From: Cryomorphaceae bacterium
GTDB lineage: Bacteria > Bacteroidota > Bacteroidia > Flavobacteriales > Schleiferiaceae
Assembly (NCBI GenBank): GCA_034679985.1
Contig: JAXITR010000002.1
Coordinates: 18,532-82,531 of the forward strand
Direction: 5' to 3'
DNA length: 64,000 nt
Notes under the pieces: model-generated
The model's database searches: none
What the model saw: the letters and a program-made list of their open reading frames with translations, nothing else
Told to the model about the DNA's origin: nothing
Position numbers and translations under genes: made by a program
Shown here: in pieces, positions 26,214 through 36,573 of the stretch
How positions within the stretch are numbered: the first letter of the stretch is position 1
Layout of the letters: the number at the start of each line of letters is the position of its first letter

Positions 26214-26221
26214 CAAAGGTA
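26214..26221 (-). promoter_or_regulatory. -7 promoter box TACCTTTG (minus strand), 4 nt upstream of the nth ATG
   Basis: Exact match. Predicts a leaderless transcript. Confidence 0.55.
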
Positions 26222-26296
26222 GATGCGAACCGCAAGCACTGTTTCTTTGTTCCTTTGATGGGTACGAACTATCGGACCCTTCCAATTTTATCCGCC

Positions 26297-26761
26297 ATGA
26301 CCCATTTGAAACCGGGCGACGCTGCCCCAGCCTTCCAATCCATCGACCAGAACGAGGCCCCCGTTGCCCTGTCTGATTTCGCCGGCAAAAAACTCGTTTT
26401 GTACTTCTACCCCAAGGACGACACCCCCGGCTGCACCGCCGAAGCATGCAGTTTCCGCGATTCCTACCAAGAACTCTTGGACGCCGGTTTTGCCATCTTA
26501 GGGGTCTCCGTGGACTCTCCCAAGGCCCACCAGAAATTCATCGCCAAATACAGCCTGCCGTTCCCGCTTTTGTCCGACGGCGACAAGTCGGTGGTCACTT
26601 CGTACGGTGTGTGGGGTCGCAAGAAATTCATGGGTCGCGAATACGATGGAATTCATAGAGTTACCTTCGTAATTGACGCTTCTGGAACGGTGGAGCGCGT
26701 CATCACGGACGTCGACACCAAGGCCGCTGCGCAACAAATTTTGGCCGACAGCCGTAGTTAA
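26297..26761 (+). CDS. bcp: Thioredoxin-dependent peroxiredoxin Bcp
   Basis: Track ORF 25907..26761 trimmed to ATG 26297 (MTHLKPGDAAPAF). Motifs: VLYFYPKDDTPGCTAEAC, GVSVDSPKAHQKF. Confidence 0.9.
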   Translation: MTHLKPGDAAPAFQSIDQNEAPVALSDFAGKKLVLYFYPKDDTPGCTAEACSFRDSYQELLDAGFAILGVSVDSPKAHQKFIAKYSLPFPLLSDGDKSVVTSYGVWGRKKFMGREYDGIHRVTFVIDASGTVERVITDVDTKAAAQQILADSRS

Positions 26762-26776
26762 GTGTTTACCTTTGGG

Positions 26777-26802
26777 TAGGGCCAAAACCTTGCCCTATTT
26801 TT
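26777..26802 (+). terminator. Weak hairpin terminator after bcp
   Basis: 6-bp stem TAGGGC / GCCCTA with a 9-nt loop, then five T. Confidence 0.45.
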
Positions 26803-26804
26803 GT

Positions 26805-26840
26805 TCACGTCGGGGGCGAATTCCCGACGTGACTTTTTTT
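26805..26840 (+). terminator. Strong hairpin plus T-run immediately upstream of recA (terminator or attenuator/operator)
   Basis: 10-bp stem TCACGTCGGG / CCCGACGTGA with an 8-nt loop, then C and seven T. Ends 22 nt before the recA ATG. Confidence 0.6.
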
Positions 26841-26862
26841 ATATCCTTAAAACTGCAGTGCC

Positions 26863-27858
26863 ATGAGCAACGAAAAAGAAGCCAAACTGAAAGCCCTCAA
26901 GCTGACCATGGAAAAATTGGACAAGACCTACGGGAAAGGGGCCGTCATGCGCATGGGCGATGCTGCCGTTGAAGAGGTTGAAGTCATTCCATCCGGTTCC
27001 TTGGGCGTTGATATTGCCTTGGGAATAGGCGGGTATCCACGCGGTCGCGTGATTGAAATTTACGGTCCGGAATCTTCCGGTAAGACCACGCTAACCTTGC
27101 ACGCCATCGCGGAAGTACAAAAGTTGGGCGGAATTGCCGCCTTCATCGACGCAGAACACGCTTTTGACCGCGCGTACGCTGAGAAATTGGGCGTCAACAC
27201 GGAAGAACTGATCATTTCGCAGCCGGACAACGGCGAGCAAGCCTTGGAAATTGCGGATAATTTGATTCGTTCGGGCGCCATCGATTTGGTGGTCATTGAC
27301 TCGGTTGCAGCCTTGACTCCCAAAGCGGAAATTGAAGGAGAGATGGGCGATTCCAAGGTGGGATTGCACGCTCGCCTGATGTCTCAGGCTTTGCGCAAAT
27401 TGACCGGAACGATTTCCAAGACCAACTGCACCTGCTTCTTCATCAACCAGCTGCGCGAGAAGATTGGCGTCATGTTTGGCAACCCAGAGACCACCACGGG
27501 CGGCAACGCGTTGAAGTTTTATGCTTCCGTACGCATCGACATCCGTCGCTCCACCCAGATCAAGGATGGAGAAGAGGTAGTGGGCAACCGGATTCGTGTG
27601 AAGGTGGTGAAAAACAAAGTAGCGCCTCCCTTCCGTTCGGCGGAATTCGACATTTACTACGGCGAGGGCATTTCCAAGGCCGGCGAGTTGATCGACTTGG
27701 GCGTGCAGCACGGCATCGTCAACAAGAGCGGCAGCTGGTTCAGCTATGGAGATACCAAGTTGGGTCAAGGCCGGGATGCGGTTCGTCAGTTGTTGAAAGA
27801 CAACCAGGAGTTGGCCGACGAGTTGGAAGTCAAAATTGCTGCAGTTCTGCGTGGTTAA
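26863..27858 (+). CDS. recA: Recombinase RecA
   Basis: 331 aa. Motifs: Walker [61 protein letters not shown]. Confidence 0.97.
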   Translation: MSNEKEAKLKALKLTMEKLDKTYGKGAVMRMGDAAVEEVEVIPSGSLGVDIALGIGGYPRGRVIEIYGPESSGKTTLTLHAIAEVQKLGGIAAFIDAEHAFDRAYAEKLGVNTEELIISQPDNGEQALEIADNLIRSGAIDLVVIDSVAALTPKAEIEGEMGDSKVGLHARLMSQALRKLTGTISKTNCTCFFINQLREKIGVMFGNPETTTGGNALKFYASVRIDIRRSTQIKDGEEVVGNRIRVKVVKNKVAPPFRSAEFDIYYGEGISKAGELIDLGVQHGIVNKSGSWFSYGDTKLGQGRDAVRQLLKDNQELADELEVKIAAVLRG

Positions 27859-28870
27859 GTCGATTGCTTACCTCGGGCTCGCGGCCGCCCTCTGGGCGGC
27901 CTGCTCGCCCTCGGCTCCGGAGGAGCAGGTCAAAAAAACCGAAACGCCTTTGGATTCGGTGTCGGTGTATTTGGAATCCAATCCCAACGATCTGGACGCT
28001 CTGGCGTTTCGGTCCGGATTGTACTTGGAGCAGAAGAACCTTCCGTACGCCAAGGCAGACATGGAGGCGGCACTCGCCCTAGATTCCAACCACGTTCCCA
28101 GCCTCTTGCGCAAAGGGGAAGTCTACTTCATTGGCAACCAAACCCGGATCTCCAAAGAGGCTTGGGAGCGTTGCATTCAATTGGATCCGGACAATATTCC
28201 CTGCCGGCTCAAACTGGCGGAGTTGTACTCCATCGTTCAAGACTACGACAAATGTTTATCGTTTGTGGATGCCGTTTTGAAGCGGGACGAGAACAACGCC
28301 ATGGCCTACTACATCAAGGGCTTGGCTTTGCGCGACACCAAGGGCGATACGGCCTTGGCGCTGAAGTACATCCAAAAATCCATCGACCTGAATCCCACCT
28401 TTGTGCCTGCCTTGGACATGGCCGGTGTGCTCCACACGGGGTTGAATTCTGGGTTGGCCGGTGGGTATTTTCAGCGAATCATCGACCAAGACCCCAACAA
28501 TGCCAAAGCGTACTACAACTTGGGCATGTTCCACTTGGGCGCCAAGGACTACAACCCGGCGATTGCTGCGTTTACCACCTGCGGTCAATTGAACCCCAAC
28601 GACCCTGAACCCTTTTTCAATTTGGGATTCATCCACTTGGAGTTGAATATGCTCGCGGAGGCGCGCACGTATTTTGGCCAAAGCATCAAGGCCCAAGAGA
28701 TCAACTACCGCGCGTACTACGGTCGGGCCTTTGCGGCCGAACGCGGCGGTGATTTGACCAACGCGGAAAAGGACTACCGCAAGGCCGTGGAGTACAACCC
28801 GGCCCATACCCCTTCAAAGGAAGGATTGAAACGTATTTTACAGGAAAAGTCGCGCATGAAATGGGAATAG
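27836..28870 (+). CDS. TPR-repeat lipoprotein
   Basis: Lipoprotein-like N-terminus ([14 protein letters not shown]) followed by repeated TPR-like A/Y/L patterns through the rest. Start is ATG 27836 or GTG 27851; both overlap the recA 3' end. Confidence 0.7.
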   Translation: MLQFCVVKSIAYLGLAAALWAACSPSAPEEQVKKTETPLDSVSVYLESNPNDLDALAFRSGLYLEQKNLPYAKADMEAALALDSNHVPSLLRKGEVYFIGNQTRISKEAWERCIQLDPDNIPCRLKLAELYSIVQDYDKCLSFVDAVLKRDENNAMAYYIKGLALRDTKGDTALALKYIQKSIDLNPTFVPALDMAGVLHTGLNSGLAGGYFQRIIDQDPNNAKAYYNLGMFHLGAKDYNPAIAAFTTCGQLNPNDPEPFFNLGFIHLELNMLAEARTYFGQSIKAQEINYRAYYGRAFAAERGGDLTNAEKDYRKAVEYNPAHTPSKEGLKRILQEKSRMKWE

Positions 28871-30927
28871 AACCCGTTGCCCCGCGTCGGGACCATCGGA
28901 TGGAAATCCACGGCCACGAGCGAATTGATCCCTATTTCTGGTTGAACGACCGCGACAACCCGGAGGTCGTTGCCCACCTGGAAGCCGAAAACGAGTACCG
29001 TCGGGCCGAAATGGAGCCCGTACGTGCGCTGGAGGAAACGCTCTACCAAGAAATGGTGGGACGAATTCCCCAAGTGGACGAAAGCGTGCCGGTTTTGCGC
29101 GAAGGATTCTGGTACTACACGCGCTACGAGGAAGGAAAGGAATATCCGTTCCACTGCCGCAAGGCAGATGGGGGCGGCGAGCCGGTAGGGGAGGAAGAAT
29201 TGCTCTTGGACGTCAACAAGTTGGCCGAAGGTCATGCGTATTGCCAGGTGAGCGGTTTGTTTCTCGCACCGGACCACCGGGAGATGATTTACGGTGTGGA
29301 TTTCGTGAGCCGACGCCGCTACGATTTGTACCGCACGGTGTTGGGAAGCGATGCTCCTCCCGTTTTGGTGGCCTCCGGCACGGCCGGATCCGCGGCGTGG
29401 TCTGCTTGCGGCACGTACGTGTTCTTCCCCACCAAAGACGAGCAAACGTTGCGGGTGGACCGCATTGTTCGGTTGGAGGTGCGCGCCTCCGGCGCCGATC
29501 CCGTAGAATTGTTTCACGAGCAGGACGAAGCGTTTTCCTGCACGGTGTACCGAACCAAGAGCAAAAAGTTCTTGGTCATTGCCACCGGCAGCAGCACGTC
29601 GGACGAAATGCATGTTTTGCGCGCGGACCAGCCCACCGGTGCCTGGCAGTGTTTTCAGCCGCGAACCCCTCAGTTGGAATACGGTGCCGCTCATTTTCAA
29701 GACCGCTGGTACATCCGAACCAACGCCGACGGCGCGGAGAACTTCAAACTCATGCAGTGCCCGGAGGATCAAACCGACCGAAGCCATTGGACCGAGGTGC
29801 TGCCGCACCGTCCGAACGTATTGCTGGAAGGCATGGAGTTGTTTGCGCATTTCTTGGTTTTGGAGGAGCGCGTCAACGGCTTGACCCGCGTGGTGGTGAA
29901 ACCTTGGGACACCGCCCAGCCGGAGCACGAAGTTGCTTTTGAAGACGCGGCCTACACCGCCTACCTGGGGGCCAATCCGGACTACGACACCGAATGGCTT
30001 CGGATGGGCTACACCTCGTTGGTTCAGCCCAGTCAAGTATTTGACTATCACATGAACACCCGCAAGCGACGCCTGCGCAAGGTGCAGCAGGTGGTGGGCG
30101 GATACGCCGCCGAAAAATTCCGAACCGATCGCATTTGGGCCACGGCTTCAGACGGTACGCGCATCCCCATTTCTTTGGTGGTTCCTGCAGATGCAGCGGG
30201 TCCCATTCCGTTCTTGGTGTACGGATACGGCTCCTACGGCTACTCGTTGGATCCGTCGTTCTCTTCCGCTCGTTTGAGTTGGTTGGAGCGCGGCTACGGC
30301 TACGCCATTGCGCACATTCGGGGCGGTCAGGAAATGGGCCGCTTTTGGTACGACCGCGGCAAGATGGAGCACAAGCTCAATACCTTCACGGATTTCATTG
30401 CGTGTGCGGAGCATTTGGTAGCGGCCCGCTGGGCCGACGGCTCCCGCCTCTACGCCATGGGCGGCAGTGCCGGAGGTTTGTTGATGGGCACGGTGCTCAA
30501 TTTGCGACCGGATTTGTTCCGGGGCGTGGTGGCCGCCGTTCCTTTTGTGGACGTGGTGACGACCATGCTGGATTCGACCATTCCCTTGACCACCGGAGAA
30601 TACGAAGAGTGGGGCAATCCCAACGAACAGGAAGCGTATTTCCGCATGCTGTCTTATTCGCCCTACGATCAGGTTCAAGCCGTCGACTACCCGGCGCTAT
30701 TGGTCACTACCGGTTTGCACGACAGCCAGGTGCAGTATTGGGAGCCGGCCAAGTGGGTCGCTAAAATTCGCGCCGTTCGGACGAACCGGAGACCGCTCTA
30801 TTTGCACTGCGATATGGAGACGGGGCACGGAGGGGCGTCCGGCCGATTCCAAGCCTACCGCGATGTGGCGATGGAGTACGCCTTTTTGCTGGGGGTAGAC
30901 CAGGGGCTACTGGGGACTGTCGGGTAA
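28861..30927 (+). CDS. ptrB: Oligopeptidase B (protease II), S9A family
   Basis: 688 aa. Motifs: IDPYFWLNDRDNPEVVAHLEAENEY, nucleophile motif GGSAGGLLMG, SPYDQV, METGHGG. Confidence 0.85.
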   Translation: MGIEPVAPRRDHRMEIHGHERIDPYFWLNDRDNPEVVAHLEAENEYRRAEMEPVRALEETLYQEMVGRIPQVDESVPVLREGFWYYTRYEEGKEYPFHCRKADGGGEPVGEEELLLDVNKLAEGHAYCQVSGLFLAPDHREMIYGVDFVSRRRYDLYRTVLGSDAPPVLVASGTAGSAAWSACGTYVFFPTKDEQTLRVDRIVRLEVRASGADPVELFHEQDEAFSCTVYRTKSKKFLVIATGSSTSDEMHVLRADQPTGAWQCFQPRTPQLEYGAAHFQDRWYIRTNADGAENFKLMQCPEDQTDRSHWTEVLPHRPNVLLEGMELFAHFLVLEERVNGLTRVVVKPWDTAQPEHEVAFEDAAYTAYLGANPDYDTEWLRMGYTSLVQPSQVFDYHMNTRKRRLRKVQQVVGGYAAEKFRTDRIWATASDGTRIPISLVVPADAAGPIPFLVYGYGSYGYSLDPSFSSARLSWLERGYGYAIAHIRGGQEMGRFWYDRGKMEHKLNTFTDFIACAEHLVAARWADGSRLYAMGGSAGGLLMGTVLNLRPDLFRGVVAAVPFVDVVTTMLDSTIPLTTGEYEEWGNPNEQEAYFRMLSYSPYDQVQAVDYPALLVTTGLHDSQVQYWEPAKWVAKIRAVRTNRRPLYLHCDMETGHGGASGRFQAYRDVAMEYAFLLGVDQGLLGTVG

Positions 30928-30931
30928 GGGA

Positions 30932-32155
30932 TCAAGTCGGAAGTATCGCCCGAAGGGTAGCCTCTGAAGCACCGCCTTTTTGCTGCATCCACGCGGTGCA
31001 ACCTTGGGGAGGATTGTTTTGCCAACGAACCCATTGTTCGCGCAAATCTTCGGTTTCGTGCGCCGGATGCAAGAAGCCGGCATCCACCGCTTCCCGTGCG
31101 TCCGTGCGTGCTTCCAAGCCCTCGTGGGCAATTGCCGTGGGAACGCCCCAGGCAAGGGGCTCCCAGTAGTTGTGCTGTCCGTCGGAACGACCTCCGCCCA
31201 CGTAGGCGAAGGAGGCCAGGGAATAGAGCGAAAAAAGAAGCCCCACACGGTCCACCACAAGTGCGCGCGCGTTTTCGGGGTGCAGGGTTCGGTTGGATCC
31301 TTCGCCGCTCACGCCTTCGAGCTGGGACCAGCGCAGGAGGGGAACGGGCAATTTAGAAGTCCAAAAGCGCAGGGATTCTTCGCCGATGTCGTGCGGCACC
31401 ACCAGCCATTTGTACTCCGGAAAGCGGGCAATCAGGGGGAGCACCAAGGGAGCGTCTTCCGGCCACACCGAGCCCAGCACCACCAATCCTTGAGCGTCGT
31501 TGAACGTGTGGAAGGCATCGGGCAGCCAGTTCAGGGGCAACGGTTGGGACGCGCGTTGCACGACGTTGTCGAACCGGGTATCGCCCACGGCCTGAGCGTT
31601 CAATCCCAGGCGCCGGAAGTGCGCTGCGTCCTCCGAGGTTTGGACGGTAATCCAAGAAGCGGATTGCCACAAGTTGCGCGTCCAGCGCAGCGAGGGAGTC
31701 CATCGGGCATTGACCACGCCCCACGGTATGCGACGGATGCGGCAGGCGTGCAAAAGGGCGGGCCAGAGGTCGTACTGCACCAGCACCAAGCGCTGGGGTT
31801 GAGTGCGGTCCAGAAAGTTGCGCACGGCCCGTGGGGTGTCCCAAGGGAGTGTGGCTATACTGGCGTTTAAAGAGGCCGGGATGCGCGCGTGGAGGCCGCT
31901 CGGGGAAAAAAAGGTTACGAGGATTCGGTTCGACGCGTGTTCCGCGCGGTAGCGGAGAACTACGGGCTGCACCGTTTCCCACTCGCCGTGCGAAGCGCAG
32001 TGGATCCATAAGTCAAACGGGCCGCTGGGAATGGGGGTGCTGGATCGAAAACGGAGCAGGGCCTGGGCGCGCCGGTGGCCCAAAAGGGCGCCCGCGCGTA
32101 CGCCGGCCCGGAACACTTGGCCCGCAAAGGGCGTCAGTAAGGCGTTAATCCACAT
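30932..32155 (-). CDS. waaA: 3-deoxy-D-manno-octulosonic acid (Kdo) transferase
   Basis: 407 aa. LWIHCASHGEWETVQPVV near the N-terminus and a GT30-like C-terminal half (YVGGGRSDGQHNYWEPLAWGVP). Confidence 0.8.
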   Translation of the reverse strand: MWINALLTPFAGQVFRAGVRAGALLGHRRAQALLRFRSSTPIPSGPFDLWIHCASHGEWETVQPVVLRYRAEHASNRILVTFFSPSGLHARIPASLNASIATLPWDTPRAVRNFLDRTQPQRLVLVQYDLWPALLHACRIRRIPWGVVNARWTPSLRWTRNLWQSASWITVQTSEDAAHFRRLGLNAQAVGDTRFDNVVQRASQPLPLNWLPDAFHTFNDAQGLVVLGSVWPEDAPLVLPLIARFPEYKWLVVPHDIGEESLRFWTSKLPVPLLRWSQLEGVSGEGSNRTLHPENARALVVDRVGLLFSLYSLASFAYVGGGRSDGQHNYWEPLAWGVPTAIAHEGLEARTDAREAVDAGFLHPAHETEDLREQWVRWQNNPPQGCTAWMQQKGGASEATLRAILPT

Positions 32156-33011
32156 AAAAACGCGGGCCGGTGGTTGGGGCGGCTGCGCGGAGAATGTTCA
32201 GGTTGTAGAGCGCACGAACGCCCACGGAAAAATCCCACTTGGCTTGCGTGTCCGGGAGTCGGGTGTCGTAGTTGTAGCCCCGTTGCGGGGTCAGTCGGGC
32301 CTGCTGAAATTCCAAAGCAACGGACCAGCCGTATTCGTTGTTGCGCGACTGCCGCAGAAAGCCAATACTTTGCTGGGCGTAGTAACCGCGGTGCAGCCGG
32401 TCCAAACCGTACCGGTACGGCTCGTAAACCATAGGCACGCCGCCGCTGGGGTTGAAGAACAGGATGCGGTGCTGGAGCCAGCCGGCGCCCACGCGAAGGT
32501 CCAAGCCGGAGTTGCGCGCGGCAGCCGATTTTGCTCCCGTTCCGCCGAAGGGCACCACCTTGCCCAATTGCATGCCCAGCTGCGTCCCGCGTCCTTCCGT
32601 GCGCACTTCCGCATAGCTGCCGCTCAACCCCAAAATTTGGTTGTCTTCGGTGGTCAGGAATCCCAACAACGACGAGTCTATTTTGACGCGCATGCCGTAC
32701 AAGGCACGCAGTTGCAGGGACCAAATCCAGTTTTGGGACGTTTTGTAGGCCGGTTCCAAATGCAAGGTGCCGCCGCCCGCGTAGGTTTTGGCCCATGCAC
32801 CCAGCGGTTGGTAGGTTCCCAAGCCCACTTGGATGAGCGCACCGCGCATCGGGACAGGCGCCGCGGCGAATCCACGCGTTCCAGGAACGACCGTTTTTGG
32901 CGGGGCCGAGGGGGTGGGGCGCCCGGTTGTTGCGGGGGTCTGGCCGTGGGCGGAACTAGCCAATGCAAAAACGCCCACCAAAAGGCCAAAAAGTCGGGTA
33001 AATCCTGCCAT
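32145..33011 (-). CDS. Hypothetical outer-membrane beta-barrel-like protein
   Basis: Track ORF 32145..33131 trimmed to ATG 33011. Signal peptide MAGFTRLFGLLVGVFALASSAHGQ is followed by a Pro/Thr-rich linker, then alternating hydrophobic patterns. The 3' end overlaps the waaA start by 11 nt. Confidence 0.6.
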   Translation of the reverse strand: MAGFTRLFGLLVGVFALASSAHGQTPATTGRPTPSAPPKTVVPGTRGFAAAPVPMRGALIQVGLGTYQPLGAWAKTYAGGGTLHLEPAYKTSQNWIWSLQLRALYGMRVKIDSSLLGFLTTEDNQILGLSGSYAEVRTEGRGTQLGMQLGKVVPFGGTGAKSAAARNSGLDLRVGAGWLQHRILFFNPSGGVPMVYEPYRYGLDRLHRGYYAQQSIGFLRQSRNNEYGWSVALEFQQARLTPQRGYNYDTRLPDTQAKWDFSVGVRALYNLNILRAAAPTTGPRFYVD

Positions 33012-33017
33012 TTCAAA

Positions 33018-33025
33018 CAAAGGTA
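33018..33025 (-). promoter_or_regulatory. -7 promoter box TACCTTTG (minus strand), 6 nt upstream of ATG 33011
   Basis: Exact match. Confidence 0.5.
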
Positions 33026-33052
33026 AAACATACCCGCCACCCGTCGGTGCCG

Positions 33053-33060
33053 TATCTTTG
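33053..33060 (+). promoter_or_regulatory. -7 promoter box TATCTTTG upstream of the DegT-type aminotransferase
   Basis: Exact TAnnTTTG match. Lies 36 nt before GTG 33097 and 75 nt before ATG 33136. Confidence 0.45.
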
Positions 33061-33135
33061 TGGTTGACTGACTTCGACGAAATTCGCCTACCGCACGTGA
33101 ACGCATCCGCCCCGCAGCCCCCGCGCCCCATTCAG

Positions 33136-34263
33136 ATGGTTGATTTGCTCCGCCAAGCGGAGCGTTTGCAGCCCGGACTCAACGAGTCGATGCACGCCGT
33201 TGTGGCCTCCGGAGCCTTCATACAGGGGCCGGAAGTGAAGTTGTTTGCCGCGGAATTGGCCGCGCACGAAGGGGTTCGGCACGTGGTTCCCTGCGCCAAC
33301 GGTACCGACGCCCTGCAACTGGCGTTCATGGCGTTGGGATTGAAACCGGGCGACGAGGTCATCGTGCCCGTTTTTACCTACGTGGCCACTGCGGAAGTGA
33401 TTGCCTTGCTGGGCTTGACGCCGGTTTTGGTGGACGTGGACCCCGATACCTTTTTGCTGCAGCCGGAAGCCGTTGAAGCGGCGGTAACCCCGCGCACCAA
33501 GGCCGTGGTTCCGGTGCATCTTTTTGGCCAGTGCGCGCCCATGGAAGGCTTACTGCGCGTTGCGGAGCGCTTCAACCTCTTTGTGGTGGAAGATACCGCC
33601 CAGGCCATTGGTGCCACCTACACCTTCACGGACGGCCGCACGGCCCAAGCCGGAACAATGGGGCACATCGGATGCACGTCCTTTTTTCCTTCCAAGAACT
33701 TGGGTTGCTTTGGCGACGGCGGCGCCCTGTTCACCCAACACGACGACCTTGCGGCGCTTTTGCAGCAGATGGCCAACCACGGTCAAAAGGTCAAGTACTA
33801 CCACGATACGGTGGGCGTTAATTCGCGATTAGACACCTTGCAAGCGGCCGTTTTGCGCGTGAAATTGCCGCATTTGCGGGATTTTGCGGCCCGTCGCCAA
33901 GCAGTGGCGGCCGCCTACGACGCAGCCTTCTCTGGAAACGATCGGTTGAAAATTCCGGTTCGTGCGGCGCAGTCCACCCACGTGTTTCACCAATACACCT
34001 TGCTGCTGCAGGGCGTGGACCGGGCCGCCTTTCAGGCCGCCCTCCAAGAACGCGGCGTGCCCACCATGGTGTACTACCCCGTGCCCCTGCACCTTCAAAA
34101 AGCTTATGCTCGCCCGGAATACCCCATCGGAACCTTTCCGGTGGCGGAACACCTGGCGCAAAACGTGGTGTCGCTGCCCATCCACACGGAGATGCAGCCC
34201 GATGAAATCCAGTACATTGTTCACACCGTACACCAAACCCTTTCCCAAATTTCGTTTGCATGA
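33136..34263 (+). CDS. DegT/DnrJ/EryC1/StrS-family PLP-dependent sugar aminotransferase
   Basis: Track ORF 32833..34263 trimmed to ATG 33136 (MVDLLRQ); GTG 33097 is possible. Motifs: FIQGPEVKLFA, CANGTDALQLA, VPVHLFGQ, CTSFFPSKNLGCFGDGG, NSRLDTLQAAVL. Confidence 0.85.
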   Translation: MVDLLRQAERLQPGLNESMHAVVASGAFIQGPEVKLFAAELAAHEGVRHVVPCANGTDALQLAFMALGLKPGDEVIVPVFTYVATAEVIALLGLTPVLVDVDPDTFLLQPEAVEAAVTPRTKAVVPVHLFGQCAPMEGLLRVAERFNLFVVEDTAQAIGATYTFTDGRTAQAGTMGHIGCTSFFPSKNLGCFGDGGALFTQHDDLAALLQQMANHGQKVKYYHDTVGVNSRLDTLQAAVLRVKLPHLRDFAARRQAVAAAYDAAFSGNDRLKIPVRAAQSTHVFHQYTLLLQGVDRAAFQAALQERGVPTMVYYPVPLHLQKAYARPEYPIGTFPVAEHLAQNVVSLPIHTEMQPDEIQYIVHTVHQTLSQISFA

Positions 34264-35576
34264 AAATAGCAGTAGTGGGCACCGGCTACGTAGGCCTGGT
34301 CACCGGCGCTTGTTTGGCCGACGTCGGCATTGACGTGACGTGTGTTGACGTCAACGAGCAGAAAATCAACAACCTCAAGAAGGGCATTCTGCCCATTTAC
34401 GAGCCCGGTTTGGACGCCATTGTGGAACGCAACGCGGCCTCCGGACGGTTGAAGTTCAGCACTTCGTTGGCGGAAGCCCTTCCGGGTGCAGAAGCTGCGT
34501 TCATCGCAGTGGGTACCCCTCCGGGCGAAGACGGAAGCGCGGATTTGCAGTACGTTTTGGCCGTGGCGGACGGAATCGGCCGCACCATGAACGACTACCT
34601 GGTGGTCATCACCAAGAGCACAGTGCCCGTGGGTACGGCGGAGAAAGTGCGCGGCGCCCTGCAGAAAGCCCTGACCGAACGCGGCTCCTCCTTGCCGTTT
34701 GACGTAGCCAGCAACCCAGAGTTTCTGAAAGAAGGCGCGGCCATAGACGACTTCATGAGACCGGACCGCATTGTTTGCGGCGTAGAAAGCGCCCGTGCCC
34801 AAGAGGTTTTGTCCCGACTGTACCAGCCGTTCACGCTGAACGGTCACCCCGTGCTCTTCATGGACATCCCGTCGGCGGAAATGACCAAGTACGCCGCAAA
34901 CGCCATGCTCGCTACCAAGATTTCCTTCATGAACGACATCGCCAACCTGTGCGAAATCATGGGCGCGGACGTGAACATGGTGCGCAAGGGCATCGGCAGC
35001 GACCCCCGCATCGGCAACAAATTCATTTATCCGGGCATCGGGTACGGCGGCAGTTGCTTCCCCAAAGACGTGAAGGCCTTGGCCAAGACCGCCAAGGAGA
35101 ACGGCTACACCATGCGCATCCTGGAAGCCGTGGAAGCGGTGAACGACGACCAAAAGAACGTTTTGGTTTCCAAGGTGGTGGCGCATTTTGGCGCGGACCT
35201 GCGCGGCAAGCATTTTGCGTTTTGGGGCCTGAGCTTCAAGCCGCAAACGGACGACATGCGCGAGGCACCTTCTGTAGTCATTGCGGAAGCATTGCTGGCC
35301 CGCGGTGCCACCGTCACGGCCTACGATCCCGTCGCCATCGAGGAGGCCAAGCACCAGCTGCAAGACCGCATTCACTACGCAGAAAACGCTTACGCAGCCC
35401 TCACCGGCGCGGATGCGCTCCTCTTGATCACGGAGTGGCCGGAGTTCCGCGTGCCGGATTGGGACCGCGTGCAGGCGGCTTTGAATGCTCCCGTTCTATT
35501 GGACGGCCGCAACATTTATTCCGGAGCCGAGTTGCGGCAGCGCGGATTCACCTACGCCGGCATTGGCGTCAACTAA
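34260..35576 (+). CDS. ugd: UDP-glucose 6-dehydrogenase
   Basis: ATGA overlap with the aminotransferase. Motifs: [20 protein letters not shown], catalytic [11 protein letters not shown]. Confidence 0.92.
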   Translation: MKIAVVGTGYVGLVTGACLADVGIDVTCVDVNEQKINNLKKGILPIYEPGLDAIVERNAASGRLKFSTSLAEALPGAEAAFIAVGTPPGEDGSADLQYVLAVADGIGRTMNDYLVVITKSTVPVGTAEKVRGALQKALTERGSSLPFDVASNPEFLKEGAAIDDFMRPDRIVCGVESARAQEVLSRLYQPFTLNGHPVLFMDIPSAEMTKYAANAMLATKISFMNDIANLCEIMGADVNMVRKGIGSDPRIGNKFIYPGIGYGGSCFPKDVKALAKTAKENGYTMRILEAVEAVNDDQKNVLVSKVVAHFGADLRGKHFAFWGLSFKPQTDDMREAPSVVIAEALLARGATVTAYDPVAIEEAKHQLQDRIHYAENAYAALTGADALLLITEWPEFRVPDWDRVQAALNAPVLLDGRNIYSGAELRQRGFTYAGIGVN

Positions 35577-35589
35577 TACCAGCCTCCGC

Positions 35590-36573
35590 ATGCCCCGCAT
35601 CCTCATCACCGGCGCCGCCGGATTCCTGGGTTCCCATTTGTGCGACCGCTTCATCGCGGAAGGCTACGAAGTGGTGGGAATGGACAACCTCATTACCGGC
35701 GATTTGCGCAACCTGGAGCACCTTCAGAGCCTACCGCAATTCACCTTTGTGCACCACGACGTCAGCACGCACATCCACCTGAACGGCCCGCTGGACTACA
35801 TCCTGCATTTTGCATCGCCGGCATCGCCCATCGACTACCTGAAGATCCCCATCCAAACGCTGAAGGTCGGTTCCCTGGGCACCCACAACTGCCTGGGCCT
35901 GGCCTTGGCCAAGAAGGCGCGCATTTTGGTGGCGTCCACCTCCGAGGTCTACGGCGACCCCATGGTGCACCCGCAAACGGAGGCCTACTGGGGCAATGTG
36001 AACCCCATCGGTCCGCGCGGCGTGTACGACGAGGCCAAACGCTTTCAGGAGGCGCTCACCATGGCGTACCACACCTACCACGGCCTGGAAACGCGCATCA
36101 TCCGCATCTTCAACACCTACGGACCGCGCATGCGCCTGAACGACGGTCGGGTACTTCCGGCCTTTATTGGCCAAGCTCTGCGCGGCGAAGACCTCACCGT
36201 TTTTGGCGACGGCAGCCAAACGCGTTCGTTCTGCTACGTGGACGATTTGGTGGAAGGCATTTACCGCCTCTTGTTGAGCGACTACGCGCTGCCCGTAAAC
36301 ATTGGTAACCCCGACGAAATCACCATTTTGCAGTTTGCGGAGGAAATCATCAAGCTCACCGGAACCGCTCAAAAAATCGTCTTTGAACCGTTGCCCAAGG
36401 ACGACCCCACCCAGCGCCAGCCGGACATCACCAAGGCCCGCGAGATCTTGGGCTGGGAGCCGCGCGTTTCGCGGGCAGAGGGCCTAAAAATCACCTACGA
36501 CGCCTTCCGGAATTTGCCGGAGGAGGTCCTCTACAAGCAGGAACACCGGGACTTTAAAGCCTTTGTAAAATGA
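35590..36573 (+). CDS. UDP-glucuronate decarboxylase (UDP-xylose-synthase-type extended SDR)
   Basis: Track ORF 35485..36573 trimmed to ATG 35590 ([20 protein letters not shown]). Motifs: [25 protein letters not shown]. Confidence 0.85.
   Translation: MPRILITGAAGFLGSHLCDRFIAEGYEVVGMDNLITGDLRNLEHLQSLPQFTFVHHDVSTHIHLNGPLDYILHFASPASPIDYLKIPIQTLKVGSLGTHNCLGLALAKKARILVASTSEVYGDPMVHPQTEAYWGNVNPIGPRGVYDEAKRFQEALTMAYHTYHGLETRIIRIFNTYGPRMRLNDGRVLPAFIGQALRGEDLTVFGDGSQTRSFCYVDDLVEGIYRLLLSDYALPVNIGNPDEITILQFAEEIIKLTGTAQKIVFEPLPKDDPTQRQPDITKAREILGWEPRVSRAEGLKITYDAFRNLPEEVLYKQEHRDFKAFVK

Noticed and set aside
28774-30051. 425-aa minus-strand ORF
   Set aside because: It is antisense to ptrB (oligopeptidase B), which has clear catalytic motifs. 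The translation is low-complexity and motif-free.
34221-35375. 384-aa minus-strand ORF
   Set aside because: It is antisense to ugd. Same reasoning as the other shadow ORFs.
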